Source of the DNA: Alkalilimnicola ehrlichii MLHE-1
Lineage (GTDB): Bacteria; Pseudomonadota; Gammaproteobacteria; Nitrococcales; Halorhodospiraceae
DNA: 32,000 nucleotides
Direction: 5' to 3'
Assembly: GCF_000014785.1 (NCBI RefSeq)
Contig: NC_008340.1
Coordinates: forward strand, 1,080,001 to 1,112,000
This document shows positions 8,491 through 18,304 of the stretch, one piece after another. The translations under genes were made by a program, and so were the position numbers. The stretch's first letter is position 1; each line of letters starts with the position of its first letter. Below the pieces are notes generated by a model. That model worked only from the letters and a program-made list of their open reading frames with translations, did no database searches and was not told the DNA's origin.

Positions 8491-8906
8491 CGTCTTTGTC
8501 CCGCCAGCGTTCCTCGACAGTCTGTTGCCAGTGTCTGATTGCGTCCCGGTCCGTGCACCGTCTCATGGCGATCAGGGCTTCGGGAGTAATTTCAGGCCCC
8601 GTATGAGTTACCAAGCCGCGTACAGAAGATTGTTGCAGTGCAGGAAACCTTCCCTGGCGGTGTGGTTTTGAGCATCGACTACAAAGCGGGGCCTGTAGGC
8701 ACTTAGGTAAAACGCTAGCCCTGTTTGTGCCTACCTTCAATACCAGAAGGCAATAATGACTGTCCCCAACGCCTATCGCAGGACAAGCCCATGATCACCA
8801 TTGAATTGCACAAATCAGCCTAGGCTCCGCACGTGGCTCACGAAGTGCTGGTCGTTATCCCCGTTACCGGCACGCCGCTTTCCTTCTCACCATGCCCCTT
8901 GGCGCG

Positions 8907-11465
8907 CTACAGCCAAACCATCCTCCCCAACTCAAACGGGTGGCTGCACGCCGGGTGGCTGGGGTAGATGCGCAGCTTGTAGTACTGGAGTCCGGGCAGA
9001 TGCGGTTCCAGGTCCAGCGAGAAGACGTGGTTGCCGTCCTCCGCCACTTCCGCGGCGGTCAGTGCGAAGCGTTCCATCGCCTCCGGGTCATCGCCGTCCG
9101 GGGCGGTCGTTACCAGGCACTCCACGGTGACGTCTTCGGGGCTGAGGCCGTTGAGGTGGGCCTTGACCCGGATTGGCAGGCTCTCGCCGTGCCGGATGGC
9201 TGCCGGCGCTTCGTCCTGCCGCTGCATCCAGACGCCGTCCCAGCAGTCGAGGACCCGCGCCTTCCACTCGGCCAGCTCCTTGGCCGCTTTCAACCCGTCA
9301 GCCATGAAGCGGGCGTTCTGGTCCCGGGCCGGGCCGTAGAAGCCGCGCACGTAGTCCATGACCATCCGCTGGGCGTTGAACCGGGGGATGGTGGTGCGCA
9401 TCGACGCCTTCGACTTGCGCACCCAACCGGTGGAGTAGCCTTGCTTGCCCCGGTCGTAGTAGAGGGGCAGCACCTTTTCGGACAGGATATTGAGCAGGTC
9501 GCGCGCCTCTTCGTGGTCGCGGTAGTGGGGGTCGAAGCCGGGCTCATGGGGGGTGATGGCCCAGCCGTTCTCGCCGTCGTAGCCCTCGCCCCACCAGCCG
9601 TCGAGCACCGAGAGGTTGATGACGCCGTTGACGCCGGCCTTCTGGCCGGAGGTGCCGCACGCCTCCAGCGGGTACTCCGGGTTGTTAAGCCAGACGTCGA
9701 CGCCGGTGACCAGCAGGCGGGCCAGGGCCATGTCGTAGCCCTCCAGCAGCAGGATCTTGCCGATGAAGTCGGGGTCGAGGGACAGTTCATGGATGTGATG
9801 GATGATGGCCTGGCCGGGCTCGTCGCGTGGGTGGGCCTTGCCGGCGAAGATCAGCAGGGCCGGTCGCTCTGGGTCGTTGAGCAGTTCCTTGAGCTGCTCC
9901 AGATGGGTGAAGATCAGCGGCGCTCGCTTGTAGGTGGCGAACCGCCGGGCGAAGCCGATGACCAGCATGTCGCCCTCGGTCTGGCGGACGTGGCGCGTGA
10001 TGCGCTTGATCATCGCTGCGGAGAGGCCGTTGCGCCGGAATTGGTGCTCGGCGCGGGCGGCGACGCCCTCCAGCATCTCGGTCTTCAGGCTTTGGCGCAG
10101 GCTCCAGTAGCGGTGGTCCGGAATCTCATCGACCACCTGCCAGAAGTCCTCGTTGAGCATTTCGTTACGCCATTGGCGCAGCCGCATGTCGAAGAGGTTG
10201 CCCCACTCCCGCGCCAGGAAGGTGGGGACGTGGATGCCATTGGTGACGTAGCGCAGCGGGTTCTCGCGCAGCGGGATCTGCGGCCAGATACCGGCCTCCA
10301 TCTCCGAAGCCACCCGCCCGTGGATGCGGCTGACGCCGTTGTGGAAGCGGGAGCCGCGCAGGGCCAGGGCGGTCATGTTGAAGGCGCCGTTACGGACGGC
10401 GTTCTCCCCCAGGGCGAGAAAACGGGCCAGGTCGATGCCCAGGGCCTCGGCCGTTCCGGCGAAGTACGTTTCCATCATCTCCCGTTCGAAGATGTCGTGG
10501 CCCGCGGGGACTGGGGTGTGGGTGGTGAAGACGGTGCCGCCGGCCACTGCTTCCAGGGCGGTGTCGAAGGCGTGGCCCTCGGCCACCAGCTCCCGGCAGC
10601 GCTCCACCACCTGGAACGCGGAGTGGCCCTCATTGATATGCCACACGGTGGGCGCCAGCCCTAGGGCGCGTAGGGCGCGAACGCCGCCGATGCCCAGGCA
10701 GATCTCCTGCTGGATGCGGGTCTCGGTGCCGCCACCGTAGAGCTGATAGGTGATGGAGCGGTCGTCGGCTTCGCTGTTCTCGGGCAGGTCGCTGTCCAGC
10801 AGGTAGAGGCGGATACGGCCGGCTTGGGCCTCCCAGACCCGCAGTAGTACCGTCCGGCCGGGGAGCTCCACGGCCACTCGCAATTCTCCGCCGTCTTCGC
10901 CCATGCACGGCCGCACCGCCAGGGTGGTGAAGTCGGTGGGGTGGTAGTGGGCCACCTGACGGCCCTGGTTGTCGATGGTCTGGTCGAAGTACCCCTGGCG
11001 GTAGAGGAGGCCGACGCCGACAAACGGCAGGCAGAGGTCGCTGGCCGCCTTACAGTGGTCACCAGCCAGGATGCCGAGGCCGCCGGAGTAGATGGGCAGG
11101 CTTTCGTGGAAGCCGAATTCGGCGCAGAAGTAGGCCACCAGGTCTCGCTCCGGATCGAGGTAGGAGGCAATGTGGTCGGTGGGGGACTCTTCCAGGTAGG
11201 TGTCGAAGGCGGAGAGGGTGCGATTGTAGTCCTCCATGAAGGCCCGATCTTCCGCCGCCTGTTCCAGTACCTCTTGGGACACCCGGCGGAGGAAGAGCTT
11301 CGGATTGTGGCCGCACGCCTCCCAGAGGGGTTGGTCGAGGCGGTAGAAGAGGCCGCGAACCCGGCGCTCCCAGGAGTAGAGCAGGTTGTTCGCCAGGTCG
11401 TGCAGGCGCTCAAGCCGCGGCGGGATATTCGGCCGGACCTCCAGAGAGAAGGTGGTTTCGTTCAT
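8907..11465 (-). CDS. glgP: Alpha-glucan (glycogen/maltodextrin) phosphorylase, GT35, long bacterial alpha-glucan family form
   Basis: 852 aa. The N-terminus ..RLERLHDLANNLLYSWERRVRGLFYRLDQPLWEACGHNPKLFL is typical of this family. PLP-lysine region EACGTSGQKAGVNGVINLSVLDGWW. Confidence 0.92.
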   Translation of the reverse strand: MNETTFSLEVRPNIPPRLERLHDLANNLLYSWERRVRGLFYRLDQPLWEACGHNPKLFLRRVSQEVLEQAAEDRAFMEDYNRTLSAFDTYLEESPTDHIASYLDPERDLVAYFCAEFGFHESLPIYSGGLGILAGDHCKAASDLCLPFVGVGLLYRQGYFDQTIDNQGRQVAHYHPTDFTTLAVRPCMGEDGGELRVAVELPGRTVLLRVWEAQAGRIRLYLLDSDLPENSEADDRSITYQLYGGGTETRIQQEICLGIGGVRALRALGLAPTVWHINEGHSAFQVVERCRELVAEGHAFDTALEAVAGGTVFTTHTPVPAGHDIFEREMMETYFAGTAEALGIDLARFLALGENAVRNGAFNMTALALRGSRFHNGVSRIHGRVASEMEAGIWPQIPLRENPLRYVTNGIHVPTFLAREWGNLFDMRLRQWRNEMLNEDFWQVVDEIPDHRYWSLRQSLKTEMLEGVAARAEHQFRRNGLSAAMIKRITRHVRQTEGDMLVIGFARRFATYKRAPLIFTHLEQLKELLNDPERPALLIFAGKAHPRDEPGQAIIHHIHELSLDPDFIGKILLLEGYDMALARLLVTGVDVWLNNPEYPLEACGTSGQKAGVNGVINLSVLDGWWGEGYDGENGWAITPHEPGFDPHYRDHEEARDLLNILSEKVLPLYYDRGKQGYSTGWVRKSKASMRTTIPRFNAQRMVMDYVRGFYGPARDQNARFMADGLKAAKELAEWKARVLDCWDGVWMQRQDEAPAAIRHGESLPIRVKAHLNGLSPEDVTVECLVTTAPDGDDPEAMERFALTAAEVAEDGNHVFSLDLEPHLPGLQYYKLRIYPSHPACSHPFELGRMVWL

Positions 11466-11478
11466 AACAGTCGCGTAC

Positions 11479-12930
11479 TCATGATCCGTTATTGCCAGGG
11501 GTGTTGCGGTAGAGCCGCAGGTACGCCTCCGCCGAGGCGTCCCAGGAGTAGTCTCCGCCCATTCCCCGCGCCTGGATGCGCTTCCACGCCGCCGGTCGCC
11601 GCCAATGGGCGGTGGCCCGTTCCACTGTGGCCGCCAGGGCGCCGGCGTTGGCGGCGGGAAGGTGAAAGCCGTTGCCGGCGGTGGGGTCGGTGTCCACGTC
11701 CATGACGGTGTCGGCCAGTCCGCCGGTGGCCGTGACCACCGGCGGGGTGCCGTAGCGCAGGGAGTAGAGCTGGTTGAGGCCGCATGGCTCGAAGCGGGAG
11801 GGCATCAGAAAGAGATCGCAGCCCCCCTCGATCAGATGAGCCAGCCCCTCGTCGTAGCCGATATGGACGCCGACCCGGCCCGGATAGTGCCGGGCGGCTT
11901 GGCGCAGCGCCTCCTCCAACTCCCGTTCCCCCGAGCCGAGCAAGGCGAGGCGCGCGCCGCCGGCCAACAGCCGGGGGAGGGCGGCGAGGATCAGGTCGAC
12001 ACCCTTCTGTTCCACCAGCCGCCCGACGAAGCCGAGTAGCGGGCCGCTCCTCTCGCCGGTATCGCCGTCGAGGCCGATCCGTTGGGCAAGGGCGGCGCGG
12101 TTGGCGGCCCGGGCCGCCGGGTCGGGTTTCCGGTAGCAGGCCGCCAGGTGGGGGTCGGCGGCCGGGTTCCAGACCGTGGTGTCGATACCGTTGACGATGC
12201 CGTGGAGCACCCCGGACCGGTGGCGCAGCAGGCCGTCCAGGCCGCAGCCGAAGGCCGGGGTCTGGATCTCCCGGGCGTAGGTGGGGCTGACGGTGGTGAT
12301 GGCGTCGGCGTAGGCCAGGCCGCCCTTGATAAAGGCGAGTCGGCCGTGGAACTCCAGGCCTTCGGGCGTCCACGCCTCCGGCGGTAGCCCGAGGCGGGTG
12401 TGGGTCTCCGCCGGGAAGAGGCCGCGGTAGGCCAGGTTGTGAATGGTGAAGACAGTGGCCGGGCGGGGGACGGGCCGCCGCTGGAGGAGGAACGGCGCCA
12501 GGGCCGTCTGCCAGTCATGGGCGTGGAGCACCGCCGCCTGCCACGGCAGCAGCTCGCCGGCGGCCAGGGCCGCCGCCACCCGGCTCAGGCGGTGGTAGCG
12601 GCGGGCGTTGTCGGGCCACGGGTCGCCGTCCTCGGTGGTGTACGGGTTGCCGGCGCGGGCGAAGAGCGGCGGGTCGTCCAGCAGCCAGGTGGTGACGCGG
12701 GTACCGGGCAGCCGCCCCTCGATGAGTGTGAACGGCCGCTGGTCCAGGGTCAGGGCGTGGCGGCGAATACGGCCCTCCAGGCCGGCCACCGCATCGGGGT
12801 GGGCCGGCAGCAACAGGCGCACGTCGTGGCGGCGTTCCCGCAGGGCGTGGGTGAGGCCGTGGGCCACATCGCCCAGCCCGCCGGTCTTCACCAGCGGCCA
12901 CGCCTCGGAGGCGGTAAAGAGAATCTTCAT
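11479..12930 (-). CDS. glgA: Glycogen synthase (ADP-glucose type, GT5)
   Basis: Start at ATG 12930 ([34 protein letters not shown] motif). This ATG forms an ATGA overlap with the glgB stop. The 32 aa upstream extension in the track ORF lies inside glgB. Confidence 0.92.
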
Positions 12931-15014
12931 GGGCCGGCTTCCGGTGACAGCACCACCCCGGCCAGCGGCGGTAGGGTCAATACCACCGACCACGGGTGTC
13001 CCATCCACGGGACGGCCTCGGCCCATACGCCGCCGCCGTTGCCCAGGTTCGTGCCGCCGTAGTGGGTCGAATCGGTGTTGAGCCGCTCCCGCCAGTAGCC
13101 CGGCGCCGGGACGCCGAGCCGGTAGTCGTGGCGGGGGACCGGGGTGAAGTTGAGCACGGTGGCCGCCGGCGGCGTGGCCTCCCCGTCGTGGCCCCCGTCG
13201 CGACGCAGGTAGCTGATGGCCGACTGCTCGGTGTCGTGGCAGTCGATCCAGGCGAAGCCGTGCTCGTCGAAGTCGTGCCGGTGCAGCGCCGGTACCTCCC
13301 GGTAGAGGGCGTTAAGGTCGCCGACGAGACGCAGCACCCCCTGGTGCAACGGGTAGTCGAGGACGTACCAGTCCAGCGCCGCCTCGGCGTTCCACTCGTT
13401 GCCCTGGCCGAATTCGCAGCCCATGAAGAGCAGCTTCTTGCCTGGATAGGTGAACTGGTAGGCGTAGAGCAGGCGCAGGTTGGCGAAGCGCTGCCACTCG
13501 TCGCCCGGCATGCGCCAGAGCAAGCTCCGCTTGCCGTGGACCACCTCATCGTGGCTGAACGGCAGCACGAAGTTCTCGGTGAAGGCGTAGAGCATGCCGA
13601 AGGTGAGTTGGTCGTGGTGGTAGCGGCGGTGGATCGGGTCCTCGCCCATGTAGGTCAGGGTGTCGTGCATCCACCCCATGTTCCACTTCATCGTGAAGCC
13701 GAGGCCGCCGAGCCAGGTGGGGCGGGTGACCTGGGGCCACGAGGTGGACTCCTCGGCCATGATCATCGTCCCCGGCTGTTCACCGTGTGTGATGCGGTTG
13801 AGTTCCTGCAGAAAGTCGATGGCCTCCAGGTTCTCATTGCCGCCGTGGATGTTCGGCACCCAGTCGCCCTCATCCCGTGAATAGTCGAGATAGAGCATCG
13901 AGGCGACCGCGTCCACCCGCAGCCCGTCGATATGGAACTCCTCCAGCCAGTAGAGGGCGCTGGCGGTAAGAAAGTTGCGGACCTCGTTGCGGCCGAAGTT
14001 GAAGATCAGCGTGCCCCAATCGCGGTGCTCGCCGCGGCGCGGGTCGGCGTGCTCATAGAGCGGCGTGCCGTCGAAGTTGGCCAGCGCCCAGTCGTCGCGG
14101 GGGAAGTGGGCCGGCACCCAGTCGAGGATCACCCCGATGCCGTGGCGGTGGCAGTGATCGACGAAGTAACGGAAGTCGTCGGGGGCGCCGAAACGGGTGG
14201 TGGGGGCGAAGTAGCCGGTGGTTTGATAACCCCACGAACCGTCGAATGGGTGTTCGGTGATCGGCAGCAGTTCGATATGGGTGAAGCCGGTGGCCAGGAC
14301 GTGGTCGACCAAGCGGTGGGCCAGGGTGCGATAGTCGAGGAAGCTGCCGTCGCCGGCCCGCTGCCACGAGCCGAGGTGGACCTCGTAGATCGAGATGGGG
14401 ATCGATTGCCACTGATCTTCCCGGCGGGCGGCCATCCACTCGCGATCATTCCAGGCGTAATCCGCCGGCGGCTCGACCACCGCGGCGCTGTCCGGGCGCA
14501 GCTGGTAGCGGCGGCCGTAGGGATCGGTCTTGACCAGAACCGCGCCGCTGTCGCGGTTGCGCAGTTCGAACTTGTAGAGGGAACCGTCCGGCAGGCCGGG
14601 AATGAAAAGCTCCCAGACGCCGCTGCCGCCGCGCACCCGCATCGGGTGGCAGCGCCCGTCCCAGCGGTTGAAGTCGCCGACGACGCTGACCCGTTCGGCG
14701 TTGGGCGCCCAGACGGCGAAGCGGACGCCGGGGACGCCCTCGTGCTCCAGCGGATGGGCGCCCAGGAAGCGCTGGGCGTGGTAGTGGCGCCCCTCACCGA
14801 AGAGGTGGAGATCGTAGTCCGGCAGCGCCGGGCCAAAGGCGTAAGGATCGTGCGCCGTATGCGCTGCGCCGTCCTGACTGGTCCGGCGCAGGCGGTAGGG
14901 GGCGGAGAGTCCCGCCGGCAGTGGCCCTTCGAAAAAGTCGCTGCCGGGCCGGCGCGGCAGTTTGGTGCCGTCCTCGAAGGCGACCGCTTCGGCGTGGGGG
15001 TCGTAGACGCGCAC
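12927..15014 (-). CDS. glgB: 1,4-alpha-glucan branching enzyme (GH13); the true 5' end is probably upstream of 15014, see finding
   Basis: GH13 motifs [37 protein letters not shown]. The frame stays open to 15130 and encodes the conserved N-terminal ..[22 protein letters not shown] upstream of the first canonical start (GTG 15014). Confidence 0.9.
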
Positions 15015-15134
15015 CGTCCGCTTCGGCCCGTGGGGACCGCCAAGAAAGGCGAAGGGGTCGTGGTGGCGCGCCTCGGTGATGCGCCGGCGGTCGTCGGCGG
15101 TGGGGTCCTTGCGGGTAATGGCGATCCCTCCGGT

Positions 15135-15294
15135 GGCGTGTCATGGTGGCGCCAGTGCCGTTCTCTACTACTGTAACCGGCATAAAGGGCTGAGGCGAGA
15201 AGGTGCCAACACCAAGCCAAAAAGGCCTGTACGTGGCGGAAAAGCCCATGCAGAGTAGGGTATGTTTCGTTCCTGGCCGCAGGGAGATGCGCCG
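15135..15294. promoter_or_regulatory. Divergent intergenic control region between the glgBAP and glgC-GH57-malQ operons
   Basis: Only non-coding gap in the cluster, flanked by divergently oriented first genes. The GGGAGA Shine-Dalgarno for glgC lies just before 15295. No promoter hexamers assigned. Confidence 0.3.
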
Positions 15295-16563
15295 ATGTCG
15301 TCCAGCCCTTCCCCTCGCTTTGTCAGCCGCCTGACCCGTAATACGTTGGTCCTGATCCTGGCCGGCGGCCGGGGCTCGCGGCTCATGGATCTCACCACGT
15401 GGCGGGCAAAGCCTGCAGTGCCCTTCGGCGGGAAGTTTCGCATCATCGATTTCACCCTCTCCAACTGCATTAACTCGGGCATCCGCCGCATCGGCGTGCT
15501 GACCCAGTACAAGGCCCACTCACTGATCCGCCACCTGCGCCTCGGTTGGGGCTCGCTGCGGGGCGATTTCGGCGAGTTCGTCGAAATCCTGCCGGCCCAG
15601 CAGCGCACCGAGGGGTCGTGGTACCGGGGGACCGCCGACGCCGTTTACCAGAGCCTCGATATCGTCCGCATGCACGATCCCGACTACGTGCTGATCCTGG
15701 CCGGGGATCACGTCTACAAGATGGACTACGGGCCGATGCTGGCCCGCCACGTGGAGACGGGGGCCGACGTCACCGTCGGCTGCCTGGAGGTGCCGGTGGA
15801 GGAGGCGAGTGCCTTCGGCGTCATGGCAGTGGACGGGGACAACCGGGTGGTGCGCTTCCAGGAAAAGCCCGCCGACCCGCCATCGATCCCCGGGCAGTCC
15901 GACCGGGCGCTGGCGTCCATGGGGATCTACATCTTCAACCGGGCGTTTCTTTTCAATCAGTTGATCGCCGATGCCAGAAAAGAGAGCGACCACGACTTCG
16001 GCAAGGACATCATTCCGTCACTGATCGACCAGGCGCGCGTCATTGCCTTTCCCTTCCGCGACGCGGCGACCGGCGGCCAGGCGTACTGGCGCGACGTGGG
16101 CACGATCGATGCCTTTTGGCGGACCAATCTGGAACTGGTCGGGGTCAACCCCCAACTTAATCTCTACGACAAGGAGTGGCCCATCTGGACCCATCAGGAA
16201 CAGCTCCCGCCGGCCAAGTTCGTCTTCGACGACGACGACCGGCGCGGCATGGCGGTGGACTCCATGGTCTCCGGCGGTTGTATCATCTCCGGTGCCTACC
16301 TGCGCCGCTCGCTGCTCTTCTCATCGGTGGTGGTGGAGGACGGCAGCCGGGTGGAGGACGCGGTGATCCTGCCCGAGGCCCACATCGAGCCGGGATGCCG
16401 TATCCGCAAGGCGGTGATCGACAAGCACTGCCGCCTGGCGGCGGGCACGGTGATCGGCGAGGACCCGGAGGAGGACGCCCGGCGCTTCCACCTCAGCCCC
16501 GGTGGTGTGGTGCTGGTGACGCCCGACATGCTCGGCCAGGAGATCCACAATGTCTACACCTGA
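15295..16563 (+). CDS. glgC: Glucose-1-phosphate adenylyltransferase (ADP-glucose pyrophosphorylase)
   Basis: [58 protein letters not shown] is near-identical in pattern to E. coli GlgC. ATG 15295 has a GGGAGA SD and gives an E. coli-like N-terminal length. The track ORF starts at 15262. Confidence 0.92.
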   Translation: MSSSPSPRFVSRLTRNTLVLILAGGRGSRLMDLTTWRAKPAVPFGGKFRIIDFTLSNCINSGIRRIGVLTQYKAHSLIRHLRLGWGSLRGDFGEFVEILPAQQRTEGSWYRGTADAVYQSLDIVRMHDPDYVLILAGDHVYKMDYGPMLARHVETGADVTVGCLEVPVEEASAFGVMAVDGDNRVVRFQEKPADPPSIPGQSDRALASMGIYIFNRAFLFNQLIADARKESDHDFGKDIIPSLIDQARVIAFPFRDAATGGQAYWRDVGTIDAFWRTNLELVGVNPQLNLYDKEWPIWTHQEQLPPAKFVFDDDDRRGMAVDSMVSGGCIISGAYLRRSLLFSSVVVEDGSRVEDAVILPEAHIEPGCRIRKAVIDKHCRLAAGTVIGEDPEEDARRFHLSPGGVVLVTPDMLGQEIHNVYT

Positions 16564-18304
16564 GGCCGAGCTGCCCAAGGCGCGGGTGGTGCTTTGCTGG
16601 CACATGCACCAACCCAGCTACTTCAACCCCGGCACCGGCGACTACCAGTTGCCGTGGGTCTACCTCCACGCCATCAAGGACTACGTCGACATGGCCGCCC
16701 ATCTGGAGGCGGTGCCCGAGGCCCGGGCGGTGGTCAACTTCTCGCCGACGCTCATTGAACAAATCGAAGACTATTCCGCTCAGGTGGCCGGCTTTCTCGC
16801 CGGAGAGCGGCGGCTCCAGGACCCCCTCCTGCGGGCGCTGGCCGAACCGGTCCTGCCCGACGATGAGTGCGAGCGCCGGCATTTGGTGCAGCAATGCCTG
16901 CGCGTTAACCATCGGCGTCTGGTGGAGCCGTTTCCGGCCTTCCACCGGCTGGTGGAATTGAGTCGCTGGGTGGAGCGCCACGGGCAGCACGTGGACTACC
17001 TGAGCGATCAGTTCATGGTCGATCTGCTGGTCTGGTACCACTTGGCATGGCTGGGGGAGACCGTACGTCGCCGCGATCCGCGGGTGCGGCGGCTGCTCCG
17101 GCAGGAAGCCGCCTATACCATCCACGACCGCCGGGAACTGCTGGAGGTCATCGGCGAGTTGATGGGCGGGGTGCTGGAGCGTTACCGCCGCCTGGCCGAT
17201 AGCGGTCGGGTGGAGCTCTCGGTGACCCCCTATGCCCACCCGATCCTGCCGCTGCTCCAGGACGTGCAAAGCGCCCGTGAGGCGTGGCCCGAGATCCAGT
17301 TGCCGCTGCTGGAACGCTACTTCGGCGGCGAGGAGCGGGCCCGCTGGCACGTGGAGCGCGGCATCGAGACCTTCGAGAAGGCCTTCGGCCGGCGGCCCGA
17401 GGGGTGTTGGCCGGCAGAGGGCGGGGTGAGCCGGGCGACGCTGGAATTGTTGGCGGAGAGCGGATTCCGTTGGGCCGCCAGCGGCGGTGCGGTGCTGGAC
17501 AACAGTCTGCGGGCCGCGGATCAGTGGGCGGAGGACGACCCCCGGTGGCACCGTGCCTACACCCTGGCCGGCGCCGATGGCGCCGCGGGCAACGGCGGCG
17601 CGAACGCCCACCATCCGCCTCTCCACTGTTTTTTCCGTGACGACGGCCTCTCCGACGCTATCGGTTTCGAGTACTCCGACTGGCACGGTGACGACGCCGT
17701 GGCGAACCTGGTGAACCGTCTGGAGGAGATCGCCGACCGCTGCGCCGATCCCGGCCAAGCGGTGATCTCCATCATCATGGACGGCGAGAACGCCTGGGAG
17801 CACTATCCGGCCAACGGGTACTTCTTCCTGAGCGGTCTCTATCGGCAACTGGCCGACCACCCGCGGCTGGAGATGACCACCTTCGCCGCCGCGGCCGCCG
17901 GGGTGGAGCCCCGGCCCCTGGAGCGGCTGGTGGCCGGTAGCTGGGTCTACGGCACCTTCTCCACCTGGATCGGCGAAGCGGATAAGAACCGTGCCTGGGA
18001 CATGTTGGGGGAGGCCAAACAGGCCTTCGATCGCGCCGTGCCGGGGCTGAAACCCGAGGTCCAGTGGCGGGCCGAAGCCCAACTGGCGATCTGTGAGAGT
18101 TCCGACTGGTTCTGGTGGTTCGGCGACTACAATCCGGCCGGGGTGGTGCGTGAATTCGACCACCTCTACCGGGTGCAGCTCACGGCGCTTTACGAAATCC
18201 TGGGCGTGGAACCGCCGGAGCATCTGAGCCACGCCTTTACCCACCGCGGCAAAGGCAGCCCGGAGAAGGGTGGCGTCATGCGGCATGGAAGGGCCGATGG
18301 ATGA
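16550..18304 (+). CDS. Glycoside hydrolase family 57 protein (alpha-glucan acting; exact activity unknown)
   Basis: 584 aa. GH57 signatures [11 protein letters not shown] and [12 protein letters not shown] (catalytic Glu region). 14-nt overlap with the glgC end; ATGA overlap with the malQ start. Confidence 0.85.
   Translation: MSTPEAELPKARVVLCWHMHQPSYFNPGTGDYQLPWVYLHAIKDYVDMAAHLEAVPEARAVVNFSPTLIEQIEDYSAQVAGFLAGERRLQDPLLRALAEPVLPDDECERRHLVQQCLRVNHRRLVEPFPAFHRLVELSRWVERHGQHVDYLSDQFMVDLLVWYHLAWLGETVRRRDPRVRRLLRQEAAYTIHDRRELLEVIGELMGGVLERYRRLADSGRVELSVTPYAHPILPLLQDVQSAREAWPEIQLPLLERYFGGEERARWHVERGIETFEKAFGRRPEGCWPAEGGVSRATLELLAESGFRWAASGGAVLDNSLRAADQWAEDDPRWHRAYTLAGADGAAGNGGANAHHPPLHCFFRDDGLSDAIGFEYSDWHGDDAVANLVNRLEEIADRCADPGQAVISIIMDGENAWEHYPANGYFFLSGLYRQLADHPRLEMTTFAAAAAGVEPRPLERLVAGSWVYGTFSTWIGEADKNRAWDMLGEAKQAFDRAVPGLKPEVQWRAEAQLAICESSDWFWWFGDYNPAGVVREFDHLYRVQLTALYEILGVEPPEHLSHAFTHRGKGSPEKGGVMRHGRADG

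Noticed and set aside
8695-8734. Hairpin gtaggcac-N24-gtgcctac as a possible tRNA fragment or att site
   Set aside because: It has only an 8-bp stem with a large loop and no tRNA-like cloverleaf or flanking direct repeats that I can see. It is mentioned only as context for the junction region.
8892-10664. 590 aa plus-strand ORF
   Set aside because: It is antisense to glgP, which has unmistakable phosphorylase motifs. The product is Gly/Ala/Val/Arg/Asp-rich with no recognisable motifs, a typical high-GC shadow ORF.
13932-15176. 414 aa plus-strand ORF and several 100-360 aa ORFs in alternative frames across 11489-15519
   Set aside because: All overlap glgA or glgB in antisense or shifted frames. 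Their Arg/Pro/Gly-rich low-complexity products are high-GC artefacts. The 14794..15519 ORF is relevant only because its ATG 15134 bears on the glgB start problem.
16493-18286. 597 aa minus-strand ORF
   Set aside because: It is antisense to the GH57 gene, whose HQP and DGENAWE motifs identify the real frame.
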